Part shown: positions 9,606-18,964 of the stretch, piece after piece
Numbering within the stretch: the first letter of the stretch is position 1
Layout of the letters: every line of letters begins with the position of its first letter
Source: Rhodospirillales bacterium
GTDB taxonomy: Bacteria; Pseudomonadota; Alphaproteobacteria; MPNO01; UBA2964
Length of the DNA: 64,000 nucleotides
Reading direction: 5' to 3'
NCBI GenBank assembly: GCA_038116945.1
Contig: JAYOEY010000011.1
Location: 14,480-78,479, forward strand
Program-made: the position numbers and the translations under genes
The notes under the pieces: generated by a model
Seen by the model: the letters and a program-made list of their open reading frames with translations, nothing else
Database searches by the model: none
What the model was told of the DNA's origin: nothing

Positions 9606-11033
9606 ATGTCGATCGATCTCACGGCCCGCATTCCGAACAACGTCGATCTGGGAGAGGACCGCCGCCTGCAGCGTGCGCTTGAAGGCTGGCAGCCCAGCTT
9701 TCTCGACTGGTGGAAGGATCTCGGACCCGAGGGCACGCTCGATTACGACGTCTATCTGCGTACCGCGATCAGCGTCGATGCCGACGGGTGGGCAAATTTC
9801 GGCTACGTCAAAATGCCCGAATACCGCTGGGGCATCTTTCTCGCGGAACCGGTCGAGGGACGAACCATCGCGTTCGGCGAAAACAGGGGACAGCCGGTCT
9901 GGAACGAGGTTCCCGGCGAGCATCGCTCGACGCTGCGCCGGCTGATCGTGACGCAGGGCGATACCGAGCCCGCCTCGGTCGAGCAGCAGCGCCTTCTCGG
10001 CCTGACCTGCCCGTCGCTTTACGATCTGCGCAACCTGTTCCAGGTGAACGTGGAAGAGGGGCGGCATCTGTGGGCGATGGTCTACCTGCTGCACGCCTAT
10101 TTCGGGCGCGACGGGCGCGAGGAAGCCGAGGCGATGCTGGAGCGCCATTCGGGCGATCCCGACAAGCCGCGCATTCTCGGCGCGTTCAACGAAAAGACGC
10201 CGGACTGGCTGGCCTATTTCATGTTCACCTACTTCACCGACCGCGACGGCAAGTACCAGCTCGGCTCGCTGGCCGAATCCGGCTTCGATCCGCTGGCGCG
10301 CACCTGCCGCTTCATGCTGACCGAGGAAGGCCACCACATGTTCATCGGCACGACCGGCATCCAGCGCGTCGTGACCCGGACGCTGGAGGTGATGAAGGAA
10401 ATCAAGTCGGAGGATCCCGACAAGGTGCGTGCGGCGGGCGCGATCGATCTGCCGACCATCCAGCGCTATCTCAACTTCCATTTCAGCGTGTCGCTCGACC
10501 TGTTCGGTCAGGAGCTCTCGACCAACGCGGCCAACTACTACACCGCAGGCCTGAAAGGCCGGTTCGAGGAAAGCAAGAACGAGGACGATCACGTTCTTTC
10601 CAACGGCACCTACAACGTGACGCTGCTGGAAAACAACGAGGTCCGCGAAACCACGCAGAACCAGCTGCTCGCTGTCAACGAACGGCTGCGCGACGATTAC
10701 ATCGCCGACTGCCAGCTCGGGGTGACCCGCTGGAGCAAGATCATCAAGAAGGCCGGGGTCGAATTCGAGCTGAAGCTGCCGCATCGCGGATTCAACCGCC
10801 ATATCGGCTCGTTCGCAGGGGCGAGGATTTCACCGCAGGGCAAGGTGCTGACCGAGGCCGAATGGACGCACCATTCCGCCGACTGGCTGCCGTCGACCGC
10901 CGACCGCGAATTCGTCCGTTCGCTGATGACGAAGCCGGTCACCGAGCCCGGCAAGTTCGCCGGCTGGGTCGCCCCTCCGGGACGCGGCATCGACGGCAAG
11001 CCGCTCGATTTCGAGTATGTGAAGTTCCACTGA
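9606..11033 (+). CDS. boxB: Benzoyl-CoA 2,3-epoxidase (oxygenase component) BoxB, di-iron enzyme
   Basis: 475 aa, the expected BoxB length; ferritin-like di-iron ligands (EEGRHLWAM, EEGHHMF); starts 3 nt after the boxC stop. Confidence 0.75.
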   Translation: MSIDLTARIPNNVDLGEDRRLQRALEGWQPSFLDWWKDLGPEGTLDYDVYLRTAISVDADGWANFGYVKMPEYRWGIFLAEPVEGRTIAFGENRGQPVWNEVPGEHRSTLRRLIVTQGDTEPASVEQQRLLGLTCPSLYDLRNLFQVNVEEGRHLWAMVYLLHAYFGRDGREEAEAMLERHSGDPDKPRILGAFNEKTPDWLAYFMFTYFTDRDGKYQLGSLAESGFDPLARTCRFMLTEEGHHMFIGTTGIQRVVTRTLEVMKEIKSEDPDKVRAAGAIDLPTIQRYLNFHFSVSLDLFGQELSTNAANYYTAGLKGRFEESKNEDDHVLSNGTYNVTLLENNEVRETTQNQLLAVNERLRDDYIADCQLGVTRWSKIIKKAGVEFELKLPHRGFNRHIGSFAGARISPQGKVLTEAEWTHHSADWLPSTADREFVRSLMTKPVTEPGKFAGWVAPPGRGIDGKPLDFEYVKFH

Positions 11034-11053
11034 TCCAGAGCGGATCGGAAACG

Positions 11054-11082
11054 AAAAGGGCGGCCTGGTGCCGCCCTTTTTC
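11054..11082. terminator. Bidirectional rho-independent terminator between boxB(+) and the araC-family gene(-)
   Basis: GGGCGGC-ctggt-GCCGCCC stem followed by TTTTT; A-run on the other side. Confidence 0.6.
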
Positions 11083-11110
11083 GTTGCCGCGGTTGGCTGG
11101 CGTCGGTTCC

Positions 11111-12235
11111 CTAGAGTGTTAAATGCCTGATCCAGTCTTCGTATCGACGATCGAGGCTGTTCGCATCTTCTCCGTCTCTTTCCAGCCGGGACCGGCCGTT
11201 TCGAACGTCTGTTGGCGATATCCCGAACCGTTTCCGGAACGCCCGGCTGAAGGCGGTATCGCTGGCATATCCGCAGCGCATGGCGATATCGAATACCGGC
11301 AGGTGAAAACGGTTTCTGTCTGCCAGCATGAACAGCGCCGACCGCAATCGTCGTTCCCGGATATAGCTTGCGATCCCGTCCTGGGATTCAAACATCCTGT
11401 AAAGCCTGGAACGCGAGATTCCGGCCTGGCGCGACACAAAGGCGACCGAAAGGTCGGGGCGCGACAGGTTCTGTTCGATGACCCGTTTTGCGACGGTGAT
11501 CTGGGCCAGTCGTATTCCCTCGCTCTGACCGGGACTGTCCCCGACCGCACCGTTGAGACAGGCCGCGACAAGGCCGGTGGTGGCAGGGCCAAGCTGCTGC
11601 GCCCGTTCCGCCGTCAGGTTATGTGAGCTCTTTTCAAGAGAAACCATATGATCTTTCAGAAGACCGGTCATCGGGTCCCCGGCGGACAGCACGCGGCCAT
11701 GTTGATCGTCTTCCGAACGCAGCAGCGGCGCGAGCTGGTCCCGGGGGACGATCAGGGACAGGTTCGTGAAATCGGAGGTTCTCGTGGTTACGTCGCGCGC
11801 CAGATCGTAAATGATGATGCTGCCTTCGGGACAGTCGATTTCGACATCGTCGATGCTCATCGTCTGGCCGCCCTCGAGGAAGAACTGGACCATGTAATGA
11901 TCCATGCCGTCCTGCCCGATGACCAGGGGCGTTCGCCGCCATTCCTGCGCGCGGGTGGTTGTTCTGGCGAGCATCAGGTTGCCGAACATCGCGGCATCGA
12001 CTTCTGCCAAAAACGGTCGGCCCCTGGCCGGGTCGAGAAGCTCCACGTCGAAGATGCAGGCGATGCTTTCGCGCCAGGCATCGAACCGTTCGGTTGCCGG
12101 CAGGTCCTCGACGGAGAAAACGGCGCGCGAAGCTCGTTCCGGGGCGTCCCGTCCCTCGTCGGACGTCATACCATCCCGCTTTCCGCAGTCGGGCCTTTTC
12201 GTTGCATTCGAGCCGTCTCCCGGCAGAAAAACCAT
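11111..12235 (-). CDS. AraC/XylS-family transcriptional regulator
   Basis: 374 aa; C-terminal double HTH (LSVAFVSRQAGISRSRLYRMF ... DTAFSRAFRKRFGISPTD) with an N-terminal ligand-binding domain. Confidence 0.8.
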   Translation of the reverse strand: MVFLPGDGSNATKRPDCGKRDGMTSDEGRDAPERASRAVFSVEDLPATERFDAWRESIACIFDVELLDPARGRPFLAEVDAAMFGNLMLARTTTRAQEWRRTPLVIGQDGMDHYMVQFFLEGGQTMSIDDVEIDCPEGSIIIYDLARDVTTRTSDFTNLSLIVPRDQLAPLLRSEDDQHGRVLSAGDPMTGLLKDHMVSLEKSSHNLTAERAQQLGPATTGLVAACLNGAVGDSPGQSEGIRLAQITVAKRVIEQNLSRPDLSVAFVSRQAGISRSRLYRMFESQDGIASYIRERRLRSALFMLADRNRFHLPVFDIAMRCGYASDTAFSRAFRKRFGISPTDVRNGRSRLERDGEDANSLDRRYEDWIRHLTL

Positions 12236-12483
12236 AATGACTGTATTGCATTATGCTGGGCAGGGCAATTTAGCGGGTTTATCCGTCGAATCCCGGGTTC
12301 TGATGCCGGATTTCGGCAAAATGGACGAATGGCGCGTGTTTTGGGACGAACGGCGCGGCACGCGGCGCGGGGCCGCTATACAGTGTAACCGGTTCGAAAG
12401 GGTTCGCGGTTTCTGCGCAATGCTCCGTTGGACTCAAAAGAATAAGGGGCACGGCCCGAACCGTGCTGACTGGAGGTCCGTCG

Positions 12484-13083
12484 ATGAACAAGTTTGGGTA
12501 TTTCGCGTTATCCGTCTGTCTCGGCATCGCCGCAATCGGCGGACAGGTCCGGCCTGTCGGCGCGACGCCGATCAACGGCGCGGCGACGGGGCTGGTATCG
12601 CCGACTGTGTCGATCGATTTCGAGACGCCGTCGCTCGCGCTCGGCACCGTCGCAACCAACCAGTTTGCCGGCGTGACGTTCGGCACCAATTTCGAGATCC
12701 GCGACAGCGTCGAATTCGCCAACATCACCGGGAAATATCTCGATGACATCAGTTCGGGGAACCCCGGCCCGATCGTCTTCGATCAGGTTTTGACGGCTGT
12801 CTCGTTCAATCTGCGTTCCGACCCCGGGTCCACGACTTTTCAGGCCTTTCTGAGCGGCGCCCTGGTCGAGAGCTTCTCGGCAGCGACAAACCTCACCAAT
12901 ACCAGCAATTTCTACGGGTTCGAGAATATCCTGTTCGACGAGATTCGCCTGTCCGGTGCGGTGAGCAACGGCTTCAATCTCGACAATCTCGAATTCATCA
13001 CAGTGCCGGAGCCGTCCTCCATCGCCCTTCTCGGGCTGGGCGTGATCGGCCTCGGCGCGATCCGGCGGCGCAGGAACGCCTGA
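12484..13083 (+). CDS. PEP-CTERM sorting-domain secreted protein
   Basis: Signal peptide MNKFGYFALSVCLGIAAIGG; C-terminal VPEPSSIALLGLGVIGLGAIRRRRNA (PEP motif + TM + Arg cluster); start taken at ATG 12484. Confidence 0.75.
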   Translation: MNKFGYFALSVCLGIAAIGGQVRPVGATPINGAATGLVSPTVSIDFETPSLALGTVATNQFAGVTFGTNFEIRDSVEFANITGKYLDDISSGNPGPIVFDQVLTAVSFNLRSDPGSTTFQAFLSGALVESFSAATNLTNTSNFYGFENILFDEIRLSGAVSNGFNLDNLEFITVPEPSSIALLGLGVIGLGAIRRRRNA

Positions 13084-13104
13084 TTTTCCGGAATGGCTGA
13101 ACTG

Positions 13105-13140
13105 AAAACGGCGGTCCCGTGGGGCCGCCGTTTCAGTTTC
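13105..13140 (+). terminator. Rho-independent terminator after the PEP-CTERM gene
   Basis: AAAACGGCGG-loop-CCGCCGTTT hairpin. Confidence 0.5.
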
Positions 13141-13180
13141 GTGCACGGTGCCTGAGGGCAACTGTTAGGGAAGTGAGTGC

Positions 13181-14374
13181 TCAATCCGGGTATTTATACA
13201 GCCACGCCATGCCCTGATACGCCGCTTCCGGGTCGCGACCGGATAGCGCCATGTTGCGCAGCTCCCGGACCACGCCGGCGGCGTGATAGATATCGCCGTA
13301 ATAGCGCGCCGTGGTCTGAACCCGGCCGGTCCGCAGATAGCGCGCTTCCGGATATTCGAGAAACGTCTTTTCGATGTCGCCGTCATTGGCCTTGAGCGTG
13401 TCGGCGATACAGACCGCATCCTCCATCGCCATGCCGGCGCCGGCGGCGAGGTACTGGAGCATCGGGTGCGCGGCGTCGCCCAGCAGCGTCACGCGGCCCT
13501 TCGACCATTCCCGCACCGGCAGCCGGTCGCACAGCACCCACATGCGCCAGGTCTCGATCTTGTCGAGCAGCGCCTGAACCTCGGGCGCGGTGCCTGCAAA
13601 CCGTTTGAACAGCTCCTCGGGGTCGCCGTGGCTGTCCCAGCCCTCGACATATCGGTCGCTGTGGAATACCGCGACGATATTGAACAGCTCGCCCCGGCGA
13701 AGCTTGTAATGCACCAGATGGTTCTTGGGACCGGCCCAGAGAACGACTTGGTTCATGTACCGTTCGAGAATTTCGGGGACGTCGTCGATCGGCAGCACGG
13801 CGCGATAGGCGATATGGCCGGACACGATGGGGTCGCCGTCGTCGACGATTGTCGGGCGGATCTTCGACCACAACCCGTCGGCGCCGACCAAAGCGGTTCC
13901 CTCGATGGCGCCGGCGGATTCGGTCTCGACCGAAACCGAGCCGCCATTGTCGGTGTAGCCCGTTACCCGCGTGCCGGCGCGAAGATCGATCAGGTCAGGC
14001 ATCGACCGGCAGGCCTCCAGCAGAACGGTATGGAGATCGGCGCGGTGGATGACGCCGTAGGGCCCGCCGTAAAAGGCGCGGTAGCCGTCGCCCAGCGGCA
14101 GGCGCGTGACCTCCTCGCCGGTCACGCTGTCCATCATGATCAGGTTTTCGGGATAGTAGGCGATGTCGCGCATTTCAGGCCGCACCTGAAGCCGCTCGAA
14201 CATCCGGTCCACATTGGGGCCGAGCTGAATGCCGGCGCCGATCTCGCCGAATTCGGGCGCCTGCTCCAGGACGATGCTGGACAGGCCGTTCAGCGCCAGC
14301 GCGCGCGCCATGGCAAGCCCGCCGATGCCGCCGCCGGCGATGACGAAGGGGAGTTTAGGATCGTTATTGCTCAT
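13181..14374 (-). CDS. FAD-dependent aromatic monooxygenase (salicylate / 3-hydroxybenzoate 6-hydroxylase family)
   Basis: 397 aa; N-terminal GxGxxG FAD fold (VIAGGGIGGLAMA) and a DG...GDAAH-type motif (LLGDAAHPM). Confidence 0.7.
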   Translation of the reverse strand: MSNNDPKLPFVIAGGGIGGLAMARALALNGLSSIVLEQAPEFGEIGAGIQLGPNVDRMFERLQVRPEMRDIAYYPENLIMMDSVTGEEVTRLPLGDGYRAFYGGPYGVIHRADLHTVLLEACRSMPDLIDLRAGTRVTGYTDNGGSVSVETESAGAIEGTALVGADGLWSKIRPTIVDDGDPIVSGHIAYRAVLPIDDVPEILERYMNQVVLWAGPKNHLVHYKLRRGELFNIVAVFHSDRYVEGWDSHGDPEELFKRFAGTAPEVQALLDKIETWRMWVLCDRLPVREWSKGRVTLLGDAAHPMLQYLAAGAGMAMEDAVCIADTLKANDGDIEKTFLEYPEARYLRTGRVQTTARYYGDIYHAAGVVRELRNMALSGRDPEAAYQGMAWLYKYPD

Positions 14375-14402
14375 GGTTCTATTAAACTGTCCTGTGTTCC
14401 TG

Positions 14403-14417
14403 AGCCGTGTGGCACGG
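14403..14417. promoter_or_regulatory. Palindrome in the divergent hydroxylase/ligase promoter
   Basis: GCCGTG-tgg-CACGGC. Confidence 0.25.
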
Positions 14418-14483
14418 CATAATAGGGGAAACCGGCGCCGTATCGAAGCGTCGAGACAATTGCAGCTCGTTCAGGGGGTTAAG

Positions 14484-16058
14484 ATGACGAAGAATACGAT
14501 ATCGGTCGATTCGTCGGTTCGCCCTGCGACAATAGGGTTTTCGTCTTCGTTCAACGTCGCGGTTCCCTTTGTCGACCGTCACATCGAAGAGGGACGCGGC
14601 GCCAAGGCGGCCATCGTCGGCGCGTTCGGTGAGGTCACCTATGCCGAGCTGGCCGCGCGTGTTAATCGCTGCGGCAACGCGCTCGCGGGGCTCGGGCTTG
14701 GCCCGGGCGCGCGGGTGGTCATGATCGTCAAGGACTGTCCGGAATTCTTTTATGTGTTCTGGGGGGCGATCAAGGCGGGCTTCGTGCCGGTGCCGCTCAA
14801 CACGCTGCTGCGGCAGGGCGATTACACCTACATGATGGAAGATTCCGCCTGCGAGGCGGTGATCTATTCCGCAGAATTTGCCGGCGAGGTCGAACCGGCC
14901 GCCAAAGCCGCGTCGCCCGGCCCGGCGCATGTTCTGCTGACCGAGGGCGAAGGCTCGATTTCCGCGCTGATGGAAAGCGCGTCCGATGCGCTCGACGCCG
15001 CGCCGGCGACACCGGACCGGGACTGTTTCTGGCTCTATTCCTCCGGTTCCACCGGGCGGCCCAAGGGCACGGTCCATTCGCACCGGGATATTCCGGTGAC
15101 GGCTGTCCATTACGCGGTGGGCGTGCTGGGCCTGACCGAGGACGATGTCTGTTTTTCGGCCGCCAAGCTGTTCTTCGCCTACGGGCTCGGCAACGCGATG
15201 ACGTTTACGCTCTGGGTCGGCGCGACGGCGGTACTTGATGCGCGGCCGCCAAGCCCGGCCATGACGTTCGAGGTGATAGAGGCGCGCCGCCCGACTTTCT
15301 ATTATGGTGTGCCCACGCTCTATGCCGCGCAGCTGAGGGCGATGGAGGAGTCCATGCCCGACATGTCGTCGCTGCGCTGCTACGTGTCCGCCGGCGAGGC
15401 GCTGCCGCCTGACATCTTCCGCCGCTGGCAGGAAAAGACCGGCGGCCGGATACTCGACGGCATCGGCTCGACCGAGATCCTGCATATCTTCATTTCCAAC
15501 GCCGAGAACGACCACAAGCCGGGCGCCAGCGGACGCATCGTGCCCGGCTACGAGGCAAAGATTCTCGACGAGGAGGGCAACGAGGTCGCCCGGGGCGAAT
15601 CCGGCGCGCTGATGATCAAGGGCGACTCGATCGCCAAATATTACTGGAACAATCCCGAAAAGACCGCCGCCACCATGCAGGGCGACTGGATCAACACCGG
15701 CGACACCTATTACCAGGACGAGGACGGGTTCTTTGTCTATTGCGGCCGCAACGACGACATGATGAAGGTCGGCGGCATCTGGTGTTCGCCGTTCGAGATC
15801 GAGGCCAAGCTGATCGAGCACCCCAAGGTGCTGGAAGCCGCCGTGGTGGCGCGCGCCGACGACGACGAGCTGATCAAGCCGGAAGCGTTCATCGTGCTCA
15901 ACGACGCGTCCGACGCTGGCGACGCCATGGCCGCCGAACTGCTGGAACACTGCAAGAACGGGCTCGCGCGCTACAAATATCCGCGCTGGTTCAACTTCGT
16001 CGAGGAACTGCCCAAGACGGCGACCGGCAAGATCCAGCGGTTTCAGTTGAGGCAGTAG
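14484..16058 (+). CDS. Benzoate-CoA ligase-type aryl-CoA ligase
   Basis: YSSGSTGRPKG AMP motif; GYEAKILDEEGNE...GALMIKGDS and C-terminal PKTATGKIQRFQLR resemble benzoate/4-hydroxybenzoate-CoA ligases; start at ATG 14484 inside the longer ORF. Confidence 0.7.
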   Translation: MTKNTISVDSSVRPATIGFSSSFNVAVPFVDRHIEEGRGAKAAIVGAFGEVTYAELAARVNRCGNALAGLGLGPGARVVMIVKDCPEFFYVFWGAIKAGFVPVPLNTLLRQGDYTYMMEDSACEAVIYSAEFAGEVEPAAKAASPGPAHVLLTEGEGSISALMESASDALDAAPATPDRDCFWLYSSGSTGRPKGTVHSHRDIPVTAVHYAVGVLGLTEDDVCFSAAKLFFAYGLGNAMTFTLWVGATAVLDARPPSPAMTFEVIEARRPTFYYGVPTLYAAQLRAMEESMPDMSSLRCYVSAGEALPPDIFRRWQEKTGGRILDGIGSTEILHIFISNAENDHKPGASGRIVPGYEAKILDEEGNEVARGESGALMIKGDSIAKYYWNNPEKTAATMQGDWINTGDTYYQDEDGFFVYCGRNDDMMKVGGIWCSPFEIEAKLIEHPKVLEAAVVARADDDELIKPEAFIVLNDASDAGDAMAAELLEHCKNGLARYKYPRWFNFVEELPKTATGKIQRFQLRQ

Positions 16059-16078
16059 ACGGAAATACGGAATTAAAG

Positions 16079-16107
16079 AACCGGTGGCGCCGAGAACGCC
16101 ACCGGTT
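16079..16107 (+). terminator. Hairpin after the aryl-CoA ligase (weak terminator, no T-run)
   Basis: AACCGGTGGCG-loop-CGCCACCGGTT. Confidence 0.35.
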
Positions 16108-16287
16108 CCCTCAACCCGGCTGGAGGGGATCCGATACCGGGTCTCGGCTCAGCAGTGCATGCCGCACCGAAGCCTGAATTCGAATTGCACGTGAGGGAAA
16201 ATCCCCTGTCCGTATGAACAGCGTTTAATCCCCTCCCATTCCGTCGTTAAATAGGCGCGTTCGAAAAATAAATCCACAGGGAAAACG

Positions 16288-17613
16288 ATGGCTGATCTTG
16301 GACAAAAAGGACCGATGGGGCTGAATGCGCTTACCGCGTCGGAAGCGGCGGAAAAGCTGGCGTCGGGGGCAATTACGTCGGAGGCGCTGGTACGCGACTG
16401 TCTGGAACGGATCGAGGCGCGCGAGGGTGCGGTGAAGGCCTGGGCCTTCCTCGATCCGGATCTGGCGCTCGCCCAGGCGCGGGCGCGCGATGCGGAGCCC
16501 CGGCGCGGACCGCTGCATGGCGTGCCGATCGGCATCAAGGACATTTTCGATACGGCCGACATGCCGACGGGGCACGGGTTTCCGGCCTATGAAGGCAAGG
16601 GCTGGGGTGTCGATTCGGCCTGTGTTGCCGCGTTCAGGAACGCCGGCATGGTGATCCTCGGCAAGACGGTGACGACCGAGTTTGCTTGTCCGCAGCCGCT
16701 CCGCACGACGAATCCGCACGATCCGACGCGGACGCCCGGCGTGTCGTCGAGCGGGTCGGCTGCTTCGGTTGCGGATTTCATGACGCCGCTTGCCAACGGC
16801 ACCCAGACCGGCGGGTCAGTGATCGGCCCATCCGCCAATTGCGGCGTCTACGGGTACAAGGCGAGCCTCGACGGGCTGGACCGGACAGGGCTGAGGCACT
16901 GCAAGAAATCGATCGATACGCTGGGGCTGATGGGGCGTTGCATGGACGACCTGTTGCTGGCGCGCGGAGCGAGCGTCGGCGGAGAGGCCTCGACGCCCGC
17001 CGGGACTGCGCCCCGGGTGGCGCTGGTGCGCACGGCCTACTGGGATCAGGCCGAGCCTTGCATGCAGAAGGCGATAGAGGACTCGGCGGACATGCTTCGC
17101 GAGGCCGGCGCGATGGTGACGGAGCTGGACCTGCCCGGCCTGTTCGTCGATATCGAGGATCATTTCGGGGTGGTAAACGGATGGGAGGGATGCCAGGTCC
17201 TGGCCGACGAAATCCGGCAGTACCGGGGACAGTTCAACGCCCATAACGCGGAACGGATCGATTATGTCGACGGGCTGACCGAGGCGGACTACATCGCGTC
17301 GGGCCGCATCCTCGATGGCGCGAGGGCGGAGATGGATGCGCTGTTCGACGGCATCGACCTGTTCCTGACGCCGAGCCTGACCGGGGAAGCACCGGTCGGG
17401 CTGGCGGAGGTGCGGTCCGCGGTCTTTGCCCGGCTGTGGACCCAGATGTACACGCCTTCGGTCAACTTGCCATTGTTCGAGGGGCCGAACGGAATGCCGG
17501 TCTGCGTTCAGCTGGTCGGGAAACGGGATGCCGACGATGCGACGCTTGCCAACGCCGCCTGGGCGGACGCCGCGCTCAGGAAGGCGCTGGGGACCGTTCC
17601 GAAAAAGACCTGA
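16288..17613 (+). CDS. Amidase (amidase-signature family, Ser-cisSer-Lys)
   Basis: 441 aa; GGSSSGSAA-like signature (PGVSSSGSAASVA) and GGSVIGPSANCGVYGYK. Confidence 0.8.
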   Translation: MADLGQKGPMGLNALTASEAAEKLASGAITSEALVRDCLERIEAREGAVKAWAFLDPDLALAQARARDAEPRRGPLHGVPIGIKDIFDTADMPTGHGFPAYEGKGWGVDSACVAAFRNAGMVILGKTVTTEFACPQPLRTTNPHDPTRTPGVSSSGSAASVADFMTPLANGTQTGGSVIGPSANCGVYGYKASLDGLDRTGLRHCKKSIDTLGLMGRCMDDLLLARGASVGGEASTPAGTAPRVALVRTAYWDQAEPCMQKAIEDSADMLREAGAMVTELDLPGLFVDIEDHFGVVNGWEGCQVLADEIRQYRGQFNAHNAERIDYVDGLTEADYIASGRILDGARAEMDALFDGIDLFLTPSLTGEAPVGLAEVRSAVFARLWTQMYTPSVNLPLFEGPNGMPVCVQLVGKRDADDATLANAAWADAALRKALGTVPKKT

Positions 17614-17619
17614 ATCCCG

Positions 17620-18870
17620 TTATTCGAACAGCCAGTAATAGCCGTAGGCGACGATGACAGCGGGAATCGCGCTGTAGAGGGTTGCGATGACCGCGGCCCT
17701 GGGCGCCATGGCGATGGCCGGGAACAGGGCGTCGCCGTCGTTGCTGATCGCGTTGCCAAGCTCGGCGGAGAGCGGCACCAGACCGTTGAGATACATCGCG
17801 GCGACCACCACCTGCGGGCCGCAGCCGGGGATAAAGCCGACCAGGATCGCCATGAGCGGCACCAGCGGTGCCCACACCTGGAACAGGTATTTCAGATCGA
17901 CGCCGGTGAAGTAGACGCCCAGCTCGTAGATCAGATAGGCGAACACCACCCAGACCGTGACGAAGCAGGTATCGCCGACGACGCGCGCCGGCGCATCGCC
18001 CAGCCTGCCCTCGCTCGCCGACGCCCAGCCGAGCGTCTCCGATTTCGCGTCGATGCTGGCGCGCGTCGGCGCGACCGTTCCCCACAGCAGCAGCGAGATC
18101 ACCGCGCCGATCACGCCAACCCAGACGACTGTCTCGACACCCATGAAGGTTCCGAACAGGGCCTCGGTATCGGCCTGGAATGCGACGAACCCGCCGAACA
18201 CCAGTCCCGGCAAAAGGAACACGGCCCAGACGCGCCGCCACAGCTTCGAATCGACGCGCCGGACGCAGGGGCTGCAGGACGGGTCCAGCCCGTCTCCCTT
18301 GTAGCGCAGGAAGTCGGTTCCGTGGATCGCATCGACGGCGTAGCCCGAAACGGTGCCGACCACGAATCCGACGGCGAAGATCGCGAGCCCGGTCATCGGC
18401 TCCTGCGCCAGCAGCAGGAAAGCGGCGTCGCCCATTGTCGCCGTCAGGACGGAGACCACCGAGCCGAAGCTGATGCCGCCGCGGATATATTGCGTGATCA
18501 CCATGATCGCGCCGCCGCAGCCCGGAAGCGCGCCAAGCGCCGCGGCGATGGGGACCTGCCATGCGGCGTGCCGCGCCAGCAGCTCCGCCGGGTCGACCCG
18601 GAACCAGGCCTCCAGCGTGTAGAAAATCGCCAGAGTCGCTGCGACAAAAACCGTGACCTGCAGATAGGCGTCCGAAATGCTCGTCGCGATGATCGAGCCG
18701 GCTTCCGGCGACATCACCGCCAGCAGCGCGAGGGCCGCCAGAATGCCAAGCCGGACCGCGCCGAAACGGTTTGCCCAGCGCGCCGTGCTTTCAATACCCC
18801 GACGTGTCACCATACCGATGGTGGTCATGTGCCTGTATCCGTTTTCATCCCTCGCGAAAACCGGCCGCAT
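17620..18870 (-). CDS. Uncharacterised polytopic membrane protein, putative metal transporter (possibly ArsP_2/DUF2899-like 10-TM family)
   Basis: 416 aa, ~10 hydrophobic segments; duplicated PGCG motifs (ALPGCGGAIMV, GFIPGCGPQVVVAAMY); divergent from an MntR-like gene; start uncertain. Confidence 0.4.
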   Translation of the reverse strand: MRPVFARDENGYRHMTTIGMVTRRGIESTARWANRFGAVRLGILAALALLAVMSPEAGSIIATSISDAYLQVTVFVAATLAIFYTLEAWFRVDPAELLARHAAWQVPIAAALGALPGCGGAIMVITQYIRGGISFGSVVSVLTATMGDAAFLLLAQEPMTGLAIFAVGFVVGTVSGYAVDAIHGTDFLRYKGDGLDPSCSPCVRRVDSKLWRRVWAVFLLPGLVFGGFVAFQADTEALFGTFMGVETVVWVGVIGAVISLLLWGTVAPTRASIDAKSETLGWASASEGRLGDAPARVVGDTCFVTVWVVFAYLIYELGVYFTGVDLKYLFQVWAPLVPLMAILVGFIPGCGPQVVVAAMYLNGLVPLSAELGNAISNDGDALFPAIAMAPRAAVIATLYSAIPAVIVAYGYYWLFE

Positions 18871-18890
18871 GGGCCAGCTTCGGATTAATT

Positions 18891-18906
18891 CTTAGCCTTG
18901 GCTAAG
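18891..18906. promoter_or_regulatory. Perfect 7-2-7 palindrome, candidate MntR/DtxR-family operator
   Basis: CTTAGCC-tt-GGCTAAG in the 55-bp divergent intergenic region. Confidence 0.45.
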
Positions 18907-18964
18907 ATTATCAGTATCCGCAATCTTGTTGTCAACGGAATCTGCTGTGCCATACTCCGCGACC

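Noticed and set aside
12236-12483. Possible small ORF or riboswitch between the araC-family gene and the PEP-CTERM gene
   Set aside because: Only a short hairpin (GCACGG-cccgaa-CCGTGC) just before the RBS. There is no conserved structure or credible coding frame.
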